Source of the DNA: Thelocarpon superellum
Lineage: Eukaryota
DNA: 60,696 bases
Assembly: GCA_026025795.1 (NCBI GenBank)
Contig: JAPEUG010000065.1
Span: 1 to 60,696, forward strand
Direction: 5' to 3'
The notes beneath the pieces were generated by a model. It was given only the letters and a program-made list of their open reading frames with translations. It did not search any database and was not told the DNA's origin. Position 1 is the stretch's first letter, and each line of letters begins with the position of its first letter. A program made the position numbers and the translations under genes. Shown in pieces: positions 45,555 to 57,100 of this stretch.

Positions 45555-46609
45555 TGCAACCTGAGACGTGTGATTTTATCAATGTTTGATCCAGTCGTGA
45601 CCGTTGCATTTCCCGCTGCACCACGCCCGAAGCGCCCGCGGGCATGAGGCGGCCGAGGGTATTAGGGTCTGCAAACTGGCCGCCCTTCGAGCCCCTCCCA
45701 CCGGGGCGTGAATGGGAGCCCCGACTCGCAAAGCCGAGCATGTCCTTGGATGAAAAGGACAGCGACCACAGCGATCAACGTGAGCACCAGCCCCTCCTTC
45801 CACCATGTCCATCTTCTAGCGTCTTTAGCTCGGTCTAGGTACTAGCAATGCTGCGTCGACCGGTGTTAAGTGGAGTGCATCGAGCAAGCACTGGCCGGGC
45901 GACGCTGTCGCTGGCTCCACCATCCGGCTGCCGCGTCTCCGTGCATAGCTCCGTCATCGCCTCGACCATACCGGCCACGCACCTGTGGGACCAGGTGCGA
46001 ATAGATGGGCGGGAATCGCAGGGGGTAGGGTCAGAAAGGACGTCCCTACGTCCACTAGACGGGCGGAAGGTCGCCGATGCAAGCTGGCAAATAACCCCCA
46101 CCCCCTCTGGGACCCGTCCACGTCCAGGTATGCCCCGGTGGTCCATCACGAGGTCAAGGGTGCTTTTTCTTCTTCAACAGTATCCATGTCACCGCAACGG
46201 GACCCAAGTTATGCTCGCATTAGCCTCGCTTGGAATTGATAGCGGCTGCATGCGGGCCCGCATCGGACGTCATATGAAGCCTCTCGGTCTACTTCCGAAT
46301 CCGAGGTGCGGGTGCGGCAAGATCGATCGCCGCCGTTACGCTGCGTGGTAGATCTCCGCTGGAGAGGATCTTCGAGCTCGGGCCGCAGATTCGTGGGGCC
46401 TACAAAAACTCTCTTACGGCCTCTCGTTGAGGACATGTCCATATACGTCGGCCATCCCTAATCGAACACACACCTTCAATCATCACCCTCTCTTGGAATT
46501 GTCTTTGGTCGGCTTGAACTGCCTGGACTGCCCGTGTGCTCGTACATTTATCCTCTGCTCCTAGCTCGTCCAAGCGGTGCTTGATTCGCCTTGTTCGGAG
46601 TCGACGGAT

Positions 46610-48151
46610 ATGGCGCCACAGGGTGATATTCCAGTGGTATGACATGGTTTTCTTCCTACCTTGGCTCCACGAGACTGACCCTGATCTCATAGGCGGCGAA
46701 TGTGTTGGGAGTATGTATGGTTGATCTTCTCTTTGTGTCGTCGACTGACATGCCTACTCTGCTCAGACAATCGGCACAGGTATATAGAGCGGACCGGAAG
46801 ACATCGATGCCCTTGCTGATGGTGTCTAGTGTGAGCGGCGTGGACTGCGTGTGGTATACTATATGGCTGACAGCCTCCTGCCTAGCTTCTGGACAGTACA
46901 GGTCAGCTTCATGATACAAGTTAAGAATTACCTGCTGACCCACTCTAGCTCATTCCCCAGTACACCTCCCGCCTCTCTCCCGATAACCTCCCCTTCAACA
47001 AGCCCGCTGATGAATTTGAAGGATATGGAGTAACTGGCGTCACAAGAAAACGGACGGGCTACCGGGCGTCATGATGCTTCTATGGGCGTTTGGTATAACA
47101 CCTCGGTTCATGGAAAGCTCGTTCCCGCAGACTGACCGATCCAAGCGGCAATTCCTTTCGGAGTGTACGCAATCGTACAGGTAAGTCAAGCCACGACAGG
47201 CTTCTGAACACGCTCACCACGACTGATGAGCCAGAATTTCGCTGTTCCCATCCAGATCCAGCCACAGATCTTCTGTTTCCTGGCGATGTTTGGCTGGGCG
47301 CAGACGCTGATGTATCATGAGTATGACGAGCTCTTCCGGTAATGGGATATCCGACTGACGACCTGTAGTGGATGGGCGACGTGGAAGGCCATGGCCGTGT
47401 CGTCACTGACGGCTGCCTCGTTCGCGGGTATTGAAGCGGCGCTGATCCTTACACTGAGAGTGAGTCGTCGCACACACTCCCCGTCTGTCCCTCCCGCCAA
47501 CGGATGACATAGGGGCCGTACGAGCGCGGCGTCGACACTCCGATCTTTGTCGTGGGCGTAATTGCGGGAGGCATCTTGGGAATCGGCCTGCTGCCACCCT
47601 ACTACGAGATTTACAAGCGCCAGGGACGGGTCGTGGGGATTAGTACGGTTTCTCTCCTCTCGGTGCGACGTGGGTGTTGTGATGATTGATGACTGACTTT
47701 CTGTCGACAGACATGATGTTTCTGACCATTGACTGGTTCGGGGCGTTTTTCTCCCTGATGGCATTGGGTGGGTATTCCCACAAACTTGGCAGACCGGCCG
47801 CTCACATTCCTCCGTCTAGCCGCCCAACGCTCTTTTGATGTGCTGGGGGGAAGTCTGTACATAGTGGTGTGAGTGCTTTCTTCCCTTCTAGCAACTTTGT
47901 CTGCCGGCACGCTAACAAGAAGACGACATCAAAGTCTCCTCCTCGAAGCGGGCATCTTCGTCTCGCACACGATCTGGATGTACCGGAACCGCGAGGTACG
48001 CAAGAGGGCGAAGCAGGCAGGCAAGGACGTCGATGATTTCCTGTCTGTTTCCATCTCTATCCCTGACTCGGGCCTGGAAGCGGGAGAGGAAGGGGGGGCG
48101 ATGGAGAAGGAGCAGGATTCAGAGATGGGTGCAGCGCGCATGTGTACGTGA
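46610..48151 (+). CDS. PQ-loop repeat membrane transporter, 14 exons including microexons of 18, 13, 1, 16 and 11 nt
   Basis: Exons 46610-46636, 46693-46710, 46767-46779, 46830, 46886-46901, 46949-46959, 47022-47092, 47146-47180, 47235-47320, 47369-47459, 47513-47642, 47711-47767, 47820-47868, 47935-48151. Spliced product: MAPQGDIPVAANVLGTIGTVFWTVQLIPQIWSNWRHKKTDGL...QIQPQIF...GLLPPYYEIYKRQGRVVGIN..FLTIDWFGAFFSL. Confidence 0.92.
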
Positions 48152-48523
48152 GCGCCTCTCCCTTTCTTGCTCCTCCTTGTACTGTTCCCTATGCCAAGTG
48201 AGCATGTGAGCACAGCGCGGACGGCCTGTGGGATAGGAGAAGGAAGAAAGGAGGGAAAGGGGCGATGGACGAGTTTGATCGAGCGTGTTTATCCATTTGT
48301 TTCCCATTCTCTTTTCGCTCCTATCTTTCTTCTACTCTCTGAACATCGACGGCCTCTTTTCTCCTCTCTCTTTCCACTCCTTGCTTACACTCGACCTTGT
48401 AGCTTCTTTGCTTTCTTCGTCTTCTTTCGTCCTCTTAGCACTATGCTAGCCTCCAGCATGATCTGATACGTCAGAGAGAAGATGCGTACAAGTACAGCGG
48501 CGCGTCGCAGGGCTACATCTACA

Positions 48524-50038
48524 CTACACGCTCGTAGGAATCTTGACCTGTCCCCTCTTCCGATCTTCATGCGGCACGCCGTAGCGCCAGCCGGTGCCAT
48601 TGGGATCTCTCCCGTCTGCGCCGACGTCCTCCACATTGACCCTCCGAACGCGCCATTCCCAGCGTCCGCCCTTCCCGCCCTGTTCGGCAGGCAGCACGCG
48701 CAACATCTCCCTCTCCTCCCTTGCCTTCCTCCGCTCGTCGCGGCGCAGTTTGTCCCTCGCCTCCGCCTCGCCTCGCTTCCGCGCCCGCGCGATGCGTTCG
48801 TCACGCGGCACGCCCTCGGCCCGCTCGCGCTCCAGCTCGATCAGCTCCGGGTGAGGAATGCGCTCGTCGGCTGGCAAGAGGGGCAGTGTGGGATCGAAGA
48901 CGCGTCCGGCGTCGGTGCGTGTGAAGACCCGTGACTCCGACGTTGGCCAGAATATCTGCGTCCCCGTCGCTGGGTGCGTGGGCAGGTCGTTGATCGGTTC
49001 GTGCGGAACGGGGTACCGTGCCTGATACGGCGTCCGTGGGAGCATGGATAGGATGGCTCGTGCGTACGGCGTTGCGAGTTTGCGGCCCTGCTTGGGAAGA
49101 GATGAGATGGGTCAGTGCATTGGATTGGCAGGGTTGAGGCGGTGGTGAGAAGGGCCGGCAAGTAATAGCTGGGATCAGAGAGGCTCGCAAAGCGTGTTGT
49201 GTTGTAACCATGGATTTTGGTGGTCTTCAAGACCAATCGATGTATTGGGTCTCATCATGTAGAGCTGGGCCGCGGAGGGTGGATAGGGAAGGTGAAGGGA
49301 CGGTGAGAGACTGACCTCTTGGATCCATTTTTCTTCCACGGCTTTCAACCGCACCACCGCGCCGACGCGTCGCATCTCCACTCCCAATTCCGCACTGACG
49401 ACCTTGACGGACTTCCCTTGCTCCTTCACCCGTCGGTATATCTCCTGTCGGAGGTCTTCGTCCAAGACTGATTGCGACCGAAACATCGCATTGAGCGGGA
49501 ACGGTCGAAGGTCCCGTGCATCTTCTGGGGGTAATTCAGCGGAGTCGGCCGAGGCTGAAGAGGAGGGTGAGGAGGGTGAGGAGGATGAGGAGGACGAGGA
49601 GGAGGATGAAAGGGTGGAAGATGAACTAGGCGCGATAGGAGACGTTCCCGCCTGGCCTTCTTCCGTGGTGGAGGCACTCGCCGTCGCCATCTTCGAACCT
49701 CCGTCTGACGACTCTCCATCCGCCGGCTGCTGCGCCCGCTGAAGCCGCCCAAATTTATCGTAGGCGCCAAGATAATTCGTCGACCCGGGAAGAGGATTGC
49801 GAAAGACGGCTCCAGGACCGTTGAGCCAGGCATACATGGCCTGCCGCTGTCTCGTAGTGCGCTTGGAGCCGGGCGAAGTGGAGGTGCGGACGGTGCGCCG
49901 TGTCTGTCCATCATGCCATGGTAGGTCGGGAAGCGCGGCTCGACACGGTGAAGCTTGCAATGCGAGTGACGGTAGGGTCGGGGGACTGAATTGACATCGT
50001 GGCGCCTGCGATGTGATTGACGGTATTCGTGGGGGCAT
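48524..50038 (-). CDS. MRPS35: Mitochondrial small-subunit ribosomal protein mS45 (Mrps35/Bot1)
   Basis: Exons 50038-49316 and 49087-48524. Arg/Ser-rich presequence; motifs TNYLGAY, PFPLNAMFRSQSVL, VSAELGVEMRRVGAVVRL, SESRVFTR and GWRYGVPHEDRKRG. Confidence 0.92.
49175..49258 (-). ncRNA. Intronic box C/D snoRNA with two LSU-rRNA antisense elements
   Basis: C box ATGATGA (49258-49252) and D box CTGA (49178-49175). Guides TCGATTGGTCTT and TGCGAGCCTC are complementary to conserved LSU rRNA stretches AAGACUAAUCGA and GAGGCUCGCA, recalled from memory. Lies in the unusually long (228 nt) mS45 intron. Confidence 0.8.
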
Positions 50039-50632
50039 GATGTGTATGTGTGGTGGAAGAGGCTTTGAAGCTCTGGATTTGACGTCCTGGATTAAGGAAG
50101 AGTCTCGAGAAATTTCGGTTAGACGATGCTCTTCCTCGCAAGTGGCGGACACTGCGTGACTGGTCTGCGCACCCGCAACTCCACCGTCGAAGAATAGGCC
50201 GCTCATTGTACTTGGAGGCGGCCCATTCAACTGTGCACGTCTATGCCGATACTATCATATAATAGATATTAGAGACTCTCAGAGAGTACAATCGGTACAC
50301 TGGGGACCCTCTTTAGCTTTGCTCGTGTGCTGGTCATGAGGGCGGTCAGTCCAGACTCTGGGGGGTGCGCAGACTAGTGTTCACCAGTTGGTAGACAGGC
50401 GTCTTTCTCACGCGTAGTCTGGCGCCTACTCGAGATGTCGAGTTCCAGCACCGTCGCTACTCCACCATCGCGTTACAGTCCACCTCTCCATCATTCCTTT
50501 GAGTGATATCTTGCTTTTGTCTTGAATTTGGATGTGATCCCTTGTGCACATCTAATGCAATGCAAAGCTAACCACATAGCTCCTTTTATCGTTACAGCCC
50601 ATCATCTAAACCCTCAAACGATCCTCCTCTCC

Positions 50633-52557
50633 TCACCAATTCACCCACACCGCATCCGGCAAGACCTTGCGCATGATCTTCCAGTGTCCCAACGCACTCT
50701 TTTCCTGCCACCGCGTAAGCCGTTCCGTTGAATCTTTCCGTAATACGTCGTCATCCCCGGCTACATCTCCGAAGATCGTGGCGTCAATCTCGTAACGGGG
50801 AACGAGGTGCTGCCTGCGAGACAGACTGCCGAGAAAATCGGCTTCGACGGGCGATCGGAAGCGGAGGGGCGTAGCCGCCTTGGTGCAAAACAAGACCATG
50901 TTGGTAAAGTCCAGGTATTTCGACGACGTGTCCGGTTCATGGCCCTCCCGGAAGATGCGGCACGTGGGGAATACGGCTAGGATTGTTCGAACCACCAACC
51001 TCGCCGAAGGAGCAGCCACGTCGCCGGCGTAGTTCTGATCACTGTTAGCCAGCCGCGTCGCCCGTCTCATACCAGCGCAGGAGGAACAACACATACCATG
51101 GCAATAGCCCCATTTGGCTGCAGCAGGTCACGCAGCCCACTCAGGAATTCAAACGTAAAGAGATCGACCGGCTCGGCACCACCGGTGAAGACGTCATGGA
51201 TGATATAATCGAAGCGCGATTGAGACCGACGGGCCCGGTCGACAAACTGGACGGCATCCCCAATGACCGACGTATGGCGTGGCGAGAGGCCAAAGAACCG
51301 CGTCGCGTAATCGTGCACGACCGGATCGATCTCAACGATCGTCGTATTGATTCCGTGCCTGATGAGAGCGTTAGGCGACGTTCCAACGCCGAGCCCAATC
51401 ACCAGGGCAGTCTCTGCATCACGCCTGGGGCTTTCGCCTTCCACGATTCCTCCGACACCGCCCCGCTCCACCAACCGGACGGCCTCTAACATCGAAAAGA
51501 TGGCGTAGATAGGTTCGGCGACGAGAGAGCTCGGCTTCGTACCGTCCGGATATCGCAGCCAATTGCCCCCGAGCAGACTGTGATCACATCGCATCACTCG
51601 AAAGCCATCCGTATGGCTATCGAGGACTGAGATGTAGCCAGTCAGCGAGTCCTGGCGAGCGAGCAATTCATATCCCGCCGAGGCCGCCAACGCCTGCTGA
51701 AGAGACGTAGTCGTGGTGGCGAAAGGCATATGGACGTTGTACAGCAGCGAATACACGAGAGATGGGAGAGCAAGCACGAGCAACTTCGATGGCGACAGGA
51801 CCGCAAAGACGCCCGCCACGTAGAGCTGAAGCGACGAGCGAGTGAGGTGAGAGGATAACCCTAGCAGTGGGAGAAGCATCTTGGCCGACAGCTTCGACAC
51901 GTTTCGGACCACGGTGAAGACCAAGATGACCGGCACCACACTGGCTCGGCCAAAAACCTCTTCGAGCCCGAGACCGTCCAGGCGTTCGAGAGCGAGAAGA
52001 GCAGCAACCAGCAGCAGAGGGAAGTAGGTAAAGAGCTCCGTCACGAGGGGCCCGGCCGTGCCTCCCATAGACGAACTCCAGATGAACATGAAAGATTGCA
52101 AGGTCGGAATCCACATGCAGATGACCGGAAGGCTCGTGCCCAGGTGCACGGAAAGCATTCTGCGGAATGGTGTAAGGAAATGAATCACTCCGGCGAGTGC
52201 CACCACCAAAGCCACAACCGGCGAATGATAGAGCGAGGCCGGAATGGACCCGTACACCGGCGACAGCGTCAGCTGGGAGAGGGGCGCATAGCATCCCACC
52301 AGGACCACGGAGAGCACGTCCCTGATGATGGCCACGTTCCACCGGAGTGTCGCACGACGAGCTTCCTCCGCCAGGGCGCCGGGTCGGGTCGAACGGCCCG
52401 GGAGGACGCCCATTTTCCACGAAGGTGGTGAGCGAGCGTGGCTTTCCATCCCGTCTCTGCGCCCTGGCGAACGACCCCGGCTGGCGGACTTTGCAGGTGA
52501 AGCACTAGCAGTCTTCCCCAAATTCACCGATGGTCGTCGTGATCCGGACGCTGGCAT
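50633..52557 (-). CDS. Membrane-anchored spermidine/spermine-synthase-like SAM-dependent methyltransferase
   Basis: N-terminal TM helices (SQLTLSPVYGSIPA); motifs SLTGYISV, RCDHSLLGG, SAM motif LVIGLGVG, VEIDPVV and YIIHDVFTGG; intron 51035-51096 then NYAGD. Confidence 0.9.
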
Positions 52558-53032
52558 GGCGGAAGTCGAAGAACCAGGCGTCGAGCGAGAGACCCAGCTG
52601 ACAGCGGCGCGTCACGACCAAAGGGAGGGTAGAGGTGAAGTTGGACAGGCAACAACATTGTGTTCCTTTATATCCATTGCATTAGTACCGAGCAGCTTCC
52701 ATTCGGATTCGCTCTGTGGTAGATACTTACCTCAAGAGAGGGCGACTGCAGCTACTATGCCCCAATGACAAGTCGTAGACCTGCCGGCACCTGGACGAGC
52801 CCGAACGCCGACACACTGCAGGGGCAGCTCATGGCTATCCGGCTCTGGTGGGAAGGCAGGATGGCCAGGAGGCCAGGAAGGGTAGAGTGATTTGATGGGT
52901 GCAGCGTGGTCGACGTCGACGGTGCCTGACAAATCAATGACATCGCTTCCGCGGCGGGCGTGAGAGCGGTCGCCTCACCGCCGGGCCATAGCAGCCCCCC
53001 CCCGCAATGAGCTCTTCACCCACGTAGTCAGG

Positions 53033-53753
53033 ATGCCTCTCTTCCCACCTAAGATGTCATTGAATCAAGGCAGGGACGACGAGACTAGTGTCCAGTCTCC
53101 GACGGTGCAAGAGGCGGAGGAACGTGGCAAGCGGATCCGGATTAAGAACCGGCGGAAGATGTACCTGGACCGCAACCCCAGCTACTTCGGAGCCTCGTTG
53201 GAGCTCGCAGGTCCGCCCACAGACGAGGACTGAGCCCGTGGAGGCCATGGGCGGGGACGCACTGACGCCTGATACAGATCCGCTACTCTATGATCGCTGC
53301 ATCCGCCGCTTCCAGAGCGCGGCGGAGCGCGAGGCGGAAGGTCGCCGGAAGGGCTACTCGGGGGTGCTCGAGGCCGACTTGATGCGTTCCGAGGCCAAGG
53401 TGGCCGCGCTGACCGCTCCGACGGCCTCGTCCTGGACCTACACTCGTGGCCCCAACGGCGAGATCTATCCCGAGGATCCGGCCGAGGCACCGCAAGACAA
53501 GGCGGATGGGGAAGCGTGGTGGCGACGAGAGATGACGCAAAGGTTTCTCAACGGTCGAGACGATGACTTTGACTACCGCGTCGTGGATGAAAGCGACGAG
53601 TGGGACGATCGCGCGCAGGAGGAGCGTGAGGAGGAGGAGCGCTTCTTTGACCAAGAAGAGCCGAGGTGGGTGAGCGACGAGGCTGATGCGGCCGGCCAGG
53701 ACGTGATGGCGGCGGCAGTCATTTACGGCGAAACGGGGATTCAGGATTTCTAG
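53033..53753 (+). CDS. CCDC97-like (DUF2052) protein
   Basis: IRIKNRRKMYL...ADPLLYDRCIRRFQ...RFLNGRDDDFDY..VD....WDD...EEERFFD...GETGIQDF; one intron at about 53211-53278. Confidence 0.88.
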
Positions 53754-54222
53754 GTGAGACCATCTTACACGTCGTGCACCAGATCAGATGAGAGCGGGCC
53801 GTCTTCCGACAGCATGCAAGGGTTGGCTACACTATACTAGATCAACGCAAGGCACGATGATGAGTGATCAAGAGAAGCAATGAATAGATCGTGAGCAGGC
53901 ACGTTGCTCGATCTCGACAGCGAACAAGGATCCAGCGTTGTTCGTGAGGCAAAGTGATATGGATAGAGCGCCGATAGTACAAGAAAGTAACTATTGACCG
54001 AGACACGCACAGCGCACCGTTTCAACCACGAACGAGAGATGCTTAGACCGAGGTCTAAGCCATTGAGGGTAGCGGTCGAGAGCGACCGAGCGGCAACAGG
54101 GGGATGCAAAGCGGCGGGTGGGTGACGGGGAAGGGCGAGGGAGATGAGGCGCACAGACGCAAGAGGAAGACGGCGCTGAGGAGGCACAAGTACCTAGGGT
54201 TGGTACTTGCTTTGTCGAGGTC

Positions 54223-54534
54223 TTAGGAATGGACTTTGCACTCTGAGCACATGAGATGCCGACATACGGAGCAATCGTAGCCCCACCATTCCGGGTTGTT
54301 GTCGGTGATGATGTCGTCTGCGATGCATTGGCAACATCGCCACCAGCCAGCCATACTGGGCGGCGCCCTGGGAGCCGGCCCTGCGGCCGAGACAGCGAAG
54401 AAGATGGGCCCTTCAGGCCCGGTTGGAGGCCCCATTGGACAAAGCTTGTAGGCCTCGTGCTCACACCCCGGGCATGCCGGCGCGTAAACGTAGCGATTGG
54501 GCTGCCCCAAGCGGCAACGCATGCGCACGGCCAT
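54223..54534 (-). CDS. Small Cys-rich putative zinc-ribbon protein, possibly degenerate; start uncertain
   Basis: WxCCxC...N...CxxCxHxxCxxC at the C-terminus, and a degenerate first copy CPGCEHEAYKLC. Confidence 0.5.
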   Translation of the reverse strand: MAVRMRCRLGQPNRYVYAPACPGCEHEAYKLCPMGPPTGPEGPIFFAVSAAGPAPRAPPSMAGWWRCCQCIADDIITDNNPEWWGYDCSVCRHLMCSECKVHS

Positions 54535-57100
54535 GGAGGGCAGCCGGCCGGCGCGACGCTGGTGCTTTCCCCTGGGCCAACGGAGGACTAGAAGATGGAT
54601 GGAGGTCTTTCGGCAGGCCCCTGCAGCCCTACCAGCGAAGCCTGTTGTCGATGCTCTTGAAGAGACGCCAATGGGAGAGACGACCACGGTGTCTAGCGGT
54701 TGGCGGCGTCGAAAGTGTAGTCGAGGGAGAAAGGAAGGAGAGCGATTGGCTCGCTCAGGCACAAGGGAGAGTGTGGTGGAGGCGGGCGAGGGAGTCAGCG
54801 TGCGGTGAGGTGAGGGAAGAGGAAGGACGACACGGGAGACAACAAGAGTGGTGGCTGGCGTGTGGTAGATGAGACCCGGATGAGGGTGCAGCGGACGATT
54901 TATACATCGTTCTGGGGCATGCCGGGACGGCAAGGTGGAAATTAGATCGGACGGGGCGACTGCTCACAAGAGAGATTAAGCTACCTCTGCTGGTTGCCAC
55001 ACGGGACCGATTCACAGCCAAAGCACTGTTTGATTCTTCCGGCGACATGGCCCTATACCCTTAGACCGGGCAGGCGGCCGGAGGGTGTCGGCGAACGAAC
55101 CGGACTCTGAACTCTGAACGCTAAAGCTTTGAGGCGATGGATGACCAACGTCCAGCGATGACGGGAGGGGAAGGGGGTGAACGGTCGGAAAAGGAGATGG
55201 CACCGGCTCGTTCTGTTCGATGGGGCTGAGACAGGACGACGAGGTCCGTTTCAACTTATGCGAATAACCTTCGTGAGCGGTGTGGGAGCGACATCGGATC
55301 TGGCTCTCGAGTGCCGGCCGGCTCAGGAAGTGATTGGTGGGATGGAGTTTGAGAGGAGAAGACGGGCGCCTCACAACGCGTTGCTACTTTATACAAGGCG
55401 CAAGCCCACGCCACACTCTAGGCAGAATCATCGGAGAGTATGAGCAAGACAGCCAAAGCGTTCGAGATGCTATCGAGCATATGACGGCGGTAGCGGCAAC
55501 GTAGGAAGTCGTGACGGAGAAGCCTCGCCCTGTCGCGCTAGGATCAAGCTTAGCTGCCATACCGCCCGAGCACATAACGAGTCCTAACGAAGCTCAAGGA
55601 GCTCACCAACAGGACGCTGGAGCTAGAGGTGGCCTCGAACCACAGCGCCAGTCGATGTGGTTGCACAGTCTCCGCGAGGCTGGTTCCAGAGGATGGGATC
55701 GGGAGAAGGCCGTTATCGGAACCGGGAAGCCAGCAGACGCCTTAAGGCACCGCTTCGTCCGCCGTTTCGCGAGACGATTCCAAGGCGGGGGAGCGGACGC
55801 TGACGCTGACCGGGCATGCCTATGGACTTTTCGTGCTCGTCGCCTCGCGGCCTGGGGACTTATGGATGGGGGAGCGGACAGAGCGGGAATGCGTTCGATT
55901 CGTTGATCGTCGTGAGCCTCGAGGAGCTCGCCAGCCACAGAGCACGGTAAGGACCCGCGGTCGTGGATGCCGCGTCCGCCAACGCGCAGGCTCGAAACGG
56001 TGGCCATGACGCCGACCGCCTGGCGGAACGAGCCCCATGTCGTGACCGAGGTTGGAGGGCTAAAGTAGGAGACCTTCGCCGGTGCGTCCTTCCACGTGCG
56101 ATGCCGAGCAACGGGCGGTATCCGACCATAGTCCGTCAGGGCGTTTGTCCCACCAGAAACAGCGGTCAAGGACAGCCTCATCGAGAGGGGCGATGGTCGA
56201 GAGACTTCGGAAGACAAGACAGGAGGCACCTAGTACAGCGAAAGTACGAGCTGCCGAGATAGAAGGCGGCGCGGGTCTCCGGAGCCGGTGACGCCCCAGC
56301 ATTACGGGAGAGGTTACGCTACCTGGAGCCAAGACTGGCCGGACGAAGAACCGACCCGGTCTCGGTAGCGACCAGAAGAGGCTCAACGGCGGGCTCGATA
56401 CGATCGGAAGACACAGGCGAAAGACCAGCGAGATCAATCCTTGATAGGATTCTGGAGCTATAGCAGAGCATTCGCTGGAAGATCGGCTGCATCACCTGCA
56501 GAACGCGGGGTGTGCCGGGCCGGGCGACTCTCGTCGCGAGGCATTGAGTCCGGAGCCCACCGCTGGTCAGGAATTGACCGCAAGTCTCAGGCAAAGCGTC
56601 TAGCTCAGAAGCGGCATCTCATGTCCGGGTTTGACATCCAGTGTAGCCTTGCTTGTGTGAGGGTGGAGATGGAATAGGGAGCAATTTGCGGCTCAATAAT
56701 ATACGGTGGCCAAGTGCTTCGACACCACCCCCCTCACCAAGCCTAGGTAGGCTTGGAGGATAGAGTGTGGACGGAACGGAGGTCGTCACAAGACAGCGTC
56801 CTTGGGCTCGAGCACAGCCAATCACGTTGCTCCATTGCGCTCGGCAGTCGAGGTCGCTACCCTATAAGTTACGGGGTAGCGTAGATGGCGCCGCGGAATG
56901 CATGCGCGCAATCTGAGCTTCTGTACTCCCGTCCGTCGCGCACGCCTCGGATTCTTACTCGTAGGATCTCCAGCTGGCCTTGACAGGACACGCCCGCTGC
57001 AGAGAGGTGGCTCCAACGCTCATCTGTAGTGTTCCTGCGACCTACGGTCCGTGTCCGGGCACTAGGATCTATGCGAGTAGGTTGACTGAGGTCCATCTGC

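Noticed and set aside
43900..46550. Several 100-180 aa ORFs in a 2.6-kb spacer
   Set aside because: No family motifs or consistent intron signals; treated as intergenic.
46779..46885. Classical [D1,2] stwintron reading (G + TGTGAG as a reconstituted donor)
   Set aside because: It would remove both the G and the T and frameshift the conserved TIGTVFW motif; the 1-nt exon model preserves it.
46400..46943. Minus-strand ORFs 46400-46690 and 46656-46943
   Set aside because: They are antisense to the microexon region of the PQ-loop gene.
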